Part shown: one piece after another, positions 57,802-64,000 of the stretch
How positions within the stretch are numbered: the first letter of the stretch is position 1
How the letters are laid out: each line of letters begins with the position of its first letter
Source of the DNA: the human T2T-CHM13v2.0 reference genome, Homo sapiens
DNA length: 64,000 nt
Strand: one strand, 5' to 3'
NCBI RefSeq assembly: GCF_009914755.1
Contig: NC_060929.1
Notes under the pieces: generated by a model
What the model saw: the letters and a program-made list of their open reading frames with translations, nothing else
What the model was told of the DNA's origin: nothing
The model's database searches: none
Translations under genes and position numbers: made by a program

Positions 57802-58286
57802 TGTTAAATGAAAATTATAGAAGGCCATTTTTCTGGACTAAGTTTCTGCACTAAGCCCCAACAGATCGGATTAAAAATTAAAATGAAGTCAACCATTCAT
57901 GTCACCAAACCCAAACTAGATTTTTTCAGACCTTCCTAGAAATCAGGAGAAAGAGATAACAGCCAGTTTCCCAAACAGACCCATTTAAATATTCGATCAG
58001 CTTGATAATAAAAGTCCTTCCGTTTTAATCCTTACAATGAGCGACCTGAAGTAACCTGATGTTAACCAATCAGTTATCACTATTGTTCTATCTACCTGTC
58101 CCCAACTTACCAAGAAAATAGCTTTGAAAAAACAAATACAGTCTTTGTCATTTGGTTCTGCTCTCTTCAGCCTTTCTATGCCTATAAAGCCAACCCTTTC
58201 TATTTTAGGGAATGAAGTATTGCTCAATTCTAGAATCACAAGAAAGCCAATTGAGATCTATAAAATTGTAGTTTTGTCCTTTGATA
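57802..58286 (+). mobile_element. ERV1 MER4-group solo LTR (MER31/MER67-like)
   Basis: tgttaaatgaaaattatagaaggccattt…ctgcactaagccccaacaga…ttgtcctttgata; 4-bp near-TSD ctcg/cttg. Confidence 0.65.
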
Positions 58287-58539
58287 CTTGACATAGCTCA
58301 TATAGACAATTTGAATCAAACTTATTTTTGCTTACTGATTCACAATAACCTAGGTAAATGTGGCAGTTGAGAGCTTGTTATCCTATAGCATCCCACACAC
58401 TCTGTTTGCTTCTCTGTATGCCAGTAAATTCTTTCTAGCCCTCTCTATACTTATTGCATCCGTATTTGTACTCAACAAGAGTACAAGCTTCTAGGTACTA
58501 AAGTTATGTAAATAGCCTTAGGTAAGCGAAGACCCTGAT

Positions 58540-59955
58540 TTGTAAGCATGTGGAATGCAACCCATGAGTAGACCACAAAATCAATTTAGTGGATGGTGCC
58601 ATTGTTTCAATAAAAGAGATTTAAAATATTATAGTGTGTGAAATAGTAACGTGAGTAGAGAAGTGATATCAGCAACTATAAAGGAGTAAGGATCTCCAAA
58701 AATTCTCTCCTCCAGGGAAGCAATGAGAACAGCGGCAAAATTGTCAGGACCAACTTTTTCAGAACTATGGAAATTAAAGGCTTGCAGCAAACCAAGAAAC
58801 TGGCTGAATTTCAGTCAAAACAGTAAACTTTGCAGCATTTTAACTTACCCTATTCTCACCGCTCTATCCCACCCCTGTGGTAGACTTGAAAACCAAAAGC
58901 CAACTCAGTGAATTCAGCAGACTGGCAGCTACTGGAGGGGGCCCAACAAGTTTCACAGGGGAGTTCTCTCAAACCACATTCCCAGATAATTATTATTATT
59001 TAACCTGTCTGGAGTTTCCTAGAAGAATTCATTCACAAGTCTGGCTTTATTTGATGTGATTGGAGATTGCCTAGTGAAAACAGCCTGTTTTTCTGGGGTC
59101 ACTTGTTAAAAACAATCAGAGGCAATTTTTGAACATTACAGATGCCTGAGGCAGTAGATAATGATTGGGTCAAACAATAGGCTCACAAAAAAGCTTAAAA
59201 GGAAATTCTGGGGAATGTGTTATGATAGGAAGCTTTGGAAAGTTCTGATAATCTCTGGGACTCTGCTGTACATGTGCCTGGGGGTATGTACATGCTCAGG
59301 AAAGGCTTGAGATGGCCCTAAACTCTCACATCTGACTGACCTTGAGTCTGCATGAGCAGAAGGTCACATGCCTGAACACACATATTGTCCTACAAAAATC
59401 ACTAAATTGTATACTTTAAGATGGTAAGTTTTATGGTATGTGAATTATATCTCAATTTAAAAAACTATTAGTTGTTTATCTGAAATTCAAAATAAAAAAT
59501 AAGAGTAGGTAGCTCTATCATAATGTTGATTGAAAGAATTCAGATACTTCATTCACATGCAATTCAAAAACAGGCAACACTAATCTATGTTGATAAACCT
59601 TCAAGTAGTGTTTACCTCTTTGGGAGTAGGGTGGGTGTTTACTGTAAGGGGACATGAGAAAGCCTTTTTGGGGGCCTCAATATGTACTATATCTTGATTG
59701 AGGCTGTGGTAACATGATAGGTATTATATATACCCATGTATAAATTCATTAAGCTGCACACAGGATTTGCTTTGCTATATGAATTTGCTTTGCTATATGA
59801 ATTATATCTCAAAAATTTTTTTTAAATATAAGTATAAACATTATTTTATCAAAATTTTGCTGTAGTTGAATATATGTGTATATGTATAACTAGGTCATGA
59901 TGTAAAATATGTTTATTTCTGTGGGCATGATCAAAGTGTCTGAAAATCCTAAACT
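58540..59955 (-). mobile_element. Old hAT-Charlie MITE split into 58540-58655 and 59825-59955 by L1 insertions
   Basis: caacccatgagtagaccacaaaatcaatttagtgg and ctaggtcatgatgtaaaatatgtttatttctgtgggcatgatcaaa match two halves of one recalled Charlie consensus. Confidence 0.45.
58670..59825 (+). mobile_element. Old L1 pieces: 5' UTR-like (58670-59360), L1MB-like 3' end (59375-59465), L1ME-like 3' end (59505-59825)
   Basis: aactttttcagaactatggaaattaa…ggcttgcagcaa (L1M 5' UTR); ttttatggtatgtgaattatatctcaat (3' end); aaaaacaggcaacactaatctatgttgat. Confidence 0.55.
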
Positions 59956-60107
59956 AGAATGTTAGAATTCTATGTAGAAACTTGCATACTTTGAGATATG
60001 AACAAATTGTACTTATCAGTCACATTTCTTGGAATACAATTTTTTAAAACTACAAGTTGTTTAAAGTATTGCTCTAATAAATAACCACACAATGAGTCAA
60101 AATCTTT

Positions 60108-60405
60108 GGCCAGGTGCAAGTGGCTCATGCCGGTAGTTTCAGCACTTTGGGAGGCTAAGGCAGGAGGGTTGCTTGAGCCCAGTAGTTTCAGATCACCCTG
60201 GGCAACATGATGAAATCCTCTCTATACCAAAAATGAAAAAGTTAGCCAGGCATGGTGGCATGTACCTGTGGTCCAAGCTACTCAGGAGGCTAAGGTCGGA
60301 GAATCACTTGACTCTGGGAGGTCAAGGCTGCAGTAAGGCCATGTTTGTGCCCCAGCACTCCAGCCTGGGTGACACAGCAAGACCCTGTCTCAAAAAATAA
60401 AAAAA
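60108..60405 (+). mobile_element. AluJ
   Basis: Dimeric diverged Alu with gcttgagcccagtagtttc and gaggtcaaggctgcagt, A tail. Confidence 0.87.
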
Positions 60406-60424
60406 GTATTCTAGCCTTATCATT

Positions 60425-60857
60425 ATCAACTGAAGAATGATGAGATTCATAAATTTGGAAACGAGAGCTTTGTTTCTCATAAAGAGTTGCAGCCTGGTCT
60501 GCAGGGTGGCCATTCTGACAGGCTGAAAAGCATAGCCTCCAGTCAGAAGCCAGACACAGACACTTTGAGGGAGGGGCAAAAGGAAAAGGAATTTACATTG
60601 AGCAAGGTGGCACATATATAGATTTAATAAGCTGTACGAGGAGTTGTGAATATTTATGGAAGAAGAAATGCGCGCATGTGCAATTGATTTTCATACCCCT
60701 TCATGGGTCTCTTGTGCAAAAAATGCCAGCATCAGCATGATCCAAAGGTGGAGTTTTTGGCTTGGTGACATCAAATGCTGAAACAGAGGACACAAAAAAC
60801 CCTTACTGCACATTCTCCATAGACTGTCCAGAACTACTCCCTGATTGGTATGAAGCC

Positions 60858-60888
<31 letters not shown>

Positions 60889-61139
60889 AGGGGCAGTGGC
60901 AGGTGGTTGGTTGATACAAGTGGTGGAGTATTTTGAAAGGACTGGTTTTTGTTTATCCCTTATGGAAGAAAGTCTAATGGCAGTTAGCAAGGAAGGAGGT
61001 ATAATGGGGCATGTCTGATCTGTCATCCCAAGACATGGTCGAAAGCTCAGTTTTCAAGGTTACTGTGGAGTCCCCTTGGCCAAGAGGGCATCTTTTCAGT
61101 CTGTTGGGGGTCTTGGGGTTTTATTTTTATTTCTTGTCA
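60425..61139 (-). mobile_element. ERV1 MER4-group solo LTR (MER39-like) with an internal A-run at 60858-60886
   Basis: Reverse complement begins tgacaagaaataaaaataaaacccc…ccctcttggccaaggggactcc…ccttgaaaactgag. Confidence 0.65.
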
Positions 61140-61249
61140 CCAACCATCAGAATCCCAGCTTTAAACACCGTTCTTTATAAACGTTTCACTTCCAAAGCCA
61201 AAAGTGACCTCTTTACTTTCTAAATCTTACATTATTTCATTGGTTTCTT

Positions 61250-61928
61250 TGATACAGGAGCTAGAAAGAAATTATTTAGGCAGATAGTGAGGGTAAGAGA
61301 GTCCTCCATAAGTTTTCCTTTTAATAAAAAGCAACCCCAAAATGATTTCTTTTCTAACAGAAAGCAGCCTGAGAAGTCAAGCTGTAAGCATAGATAAGCA
61401 AGCTAAAAGCTTTCATAGGTAAATGCTGGCAGCTGAGCCAATAGAAAATTGGCTACCTGGGGACCAGGCATGTTCAACATAGTGGCTCCATCTTCTCTTT
61501 TCTTTGTCAACCACATGTACAGTAAGGAAAAAACATAATGGCACCAGCCAGGTGGAGAACCCACAGTAAGGAACAAACAACATGGCACCAGCTAGGTAGA
61601 ACCCATCTGCATAATAGAAGATTAGGGTGGGATGGCCAGTTTCTTTGTGCACTACGCAAACATCATACCTGGTCTGATCAATCTTTTGGGTCCTGTGTAA
61701 ATCAGACACTGCCTCCTCAAGCTGTCTATAAAACCCCATGCATTTCACCACAAAAACGGAAGACCTACTCAGGCGCTCCTCTCTCTCTGCAGGAGAGAAA
61801 GCTATTCTGTTTTTCTTTTGCCTATTAAACATCCGCTCTTAAACTTACTTCTTGTGTCTGCGTCCCCGATTTCCCTGGTGTGGGACAATGAACCTCGGGT
61901 ATTTACCCCAGACAACAATGCTGCTTCA
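61250..61928 (+). mobile_element. LTR9-family ERV1 solo LTR
   Basis: TG…CA termini (tgatacaggagctagaaagaaattatttaggcagatag … gctgcttca), 4-bp TSD TCTT, ctataaaa TATA-like at ~61726, attaaa poly(A) signal at ~61824. Confidence 0.82.
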
Positions 61929-63457
61929 TCTTTATTATAGTATATTTACCTCTGACATTAACCTGGCATGGTATTCTTGTATTATTTCCTTTCCTGATAA
62001 TACAATCCTGGGAAATCCTGGGAAATCCTAGGATCACATGATTATATTATTCCTTTCCTCATTTCCCATAAAGCTTTATGTTGTAGTTTGCAAATAATAG
62101 ATATGGCATAAAAGAAAGAAATCAATAAAGGTAAGTGACCCTAAACTATGTAAATTTAGAAGTTTAAAATTTATATAAGAATATAAAAATCTAATACTTA
62201 AGTACAAATAAAAACTCATCAAACAATAGGTGAGTAAAACTGTGTGTGTATGTCTGTATATATGTATAGATGCATGTATGTATGTATATAATTTATTGGG
62301 TGTACCTGGAAGTTTAAATCTATCATTCATTAGCAAGTCAAAATGATTACTGGATTCTGAGCTCAAAAGTCCCCTTTTCTGTTCTGTACCTCACCTATAG
62401 GTTGCCAAACCAAGTTCATAGTTCACTAATGTCAGGGAGAGTTGAGGAAAATCAATAAGAAAACAAAGATCTTAACCTAGAATCAGAACGAAGGATTTTG
62501 ACTCTTCACTAGAACAAACAAGCTTTTATCATCACTTGGCTTGGACATACCCAAGAAATTGCAAAGATAGAGATGAACCATGCTCCTGAATCAAATAACT
62601 TTTGGCTTAATATTTTTTTAAAATAATGAAAACAAAATTTGTCTCTTTCTAATTGAACCTCACCCTTTATGTGATGTTTTGTGATGAAGGCAATAAATCA
62701 CAGAATCCAAATAGGAATCAAATATGTATTTCTTCGGGGTTGTGCCTTTCATGGACAGCTCATGGGTCAGCAGTTTAAACTGCATGTCATCTCTCTTGTT
62801 GGTAACTGTTGCTATTCTTTGCTGATTGACTGTAATTGATTGGCCAGTGGGTGGTAAACAGCAGGACAGTGAGACTGCACAGCTTAAACAGCAATGAGGA
62901 AGCACTTCAGACATTTTTCAAGACCTTAAGTGGTCTAGTGTTTATTTTCTTTCAAAGGCACATATGTAATTGTGCAATCTTAGCTGTAAGAAGATAAATT
63001 CTTTTTGAAAAGCAGAATTCTTATGAAAATATATGCTTAGTCAAAATCCCAGGTATTACTAAATACTCATTCTCTTATGATCATCTCTCCATGTCTTAAT
63101 TTAAGCATCTTCAATTGTGAATCTACTTCTTGGCAGAATTCTTCTTCACAAATTTTGAGTAGATAATAACAGAAGAGCTTTCCCGAACTTCAACATCTCA
63201 CTTTCACATTCATAAAATTTGTAATTTAAGAGCTGACCTTCATAGGAGATTCTCTTTAATGTACATAGCACCCAATCATTGGCTTAAAAAAAAAGTAGGA
63301 TGACAAAATAAAAGCAGTTTTCACTGATTTTACTTCTTATTGAGAGTAAGGTTTAGACACATGTCTACTTTAAGTCTACTTTTGGTATGGTACTGCGAAG
63401 GCTTCAGCCACCTATATTTCAGACCTGTGATCTAAGAATAGAAATTTGTAATTTATT

Positions 63458-63962
63458 ATCAGTAACTGTGATGTCTGGGATTTGATTTTTACCCCCCTTA
63501 CATGCTAATAAATTAATTTGTTACTGTTTCATAGATTCTGGTAGAAGACACAAGACTCCTGGCTCAAAAACAAATAATTTTAGTATTCACAGCACAGCAA
63601 GTTGATGAGCATCAGCATGATATGTTGGTTTTGCTCTACTTCCTATGGGGGGTAATGCAGAGAGCCAGATGGAGAGTGCACACATAGCAGATTTGCTTGC
63701 AGTTAGAGGAAAAAAAGCAGCAGCATGCCCAGGAGTAGTCAGGAGGAGTCCTGAATTTTCAAAATAGGTCTAGATAATTCTTACTGTCTTTTTCCAAAAC
63801 ATTACCCTGAACACAGCCAAAAAGAGATGAACATTTTCTAAGGACAGCAGCATTCAGTGACCAAACTGCCTTACTAAGATGTGTCAAGTAGGAGGATGTG
63901 ATGAGGGGGAGTCAGAAATATCTTTGAACTGATTTTTGAAGAAGTCTTTCTAGTGCTCAACA
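63458..63962 (-). mobile_element. LTR40-like ERVL LTR
   Basis: gtttcatagattctggtagaagacacaagactcctgg…tattcacagc is the reverse complement of the recalled LTR40 3' region. Confidence 0.6.
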
Positions 63963-64000
63963 ATACCAGATGCCTGTAGATGGTGTAGAATGTGGAATGT

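Noticed and set aside
62004-62033. AATCCTGGGA x3 micro-repeat (and similar ones at ~50170, ~55318 and ~63363)
   Set aside because: Ordinary short slippage duplications.

Overview
This is AT-rich, CpG-depleted primate genomic DNA, most likely human given a near-consensus AluY copy. It reads as intronic or intergenic sequence made up largely of transposable-element fossils: L1 of many ages, Alu/FAM, L2, L3/CR1, MIR, a near full-length Tigger1, hAT/mariner MITEs, and MaLR, ERV1 and ERVL solo LTRs. I find no supportable host protein-coding exon, RNA gene or CRISPR array. The longer ORFs are decayed L1 ORF1/ORF2, Tigger1 transposase, CR1 RT or Alu antisense frames. I see no evidence of a novel multi-gene system. 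The notable signals are mechanistic scars: (1) an L1 insertion with both a twin-priming inversion and a 3' transduction inside one 13-bp TSD (7204-8533); (2) a young L1 inserted antisense into an old L1 and truncated 54 bp from the homologous position, forming a ~0.9-kb inverted repeat (30886-32750); (3) a 328-bp TSD-less copy of 28561-28888 pasted at 30537-30864; (4) a very young AluY; and (5) several templated micro-insertions and hairpins. Repeat subfamily names come from recalled consensus sequences, and boundaries of old elements are approximate. Both need RepeatMasker/Dfam confirmation.
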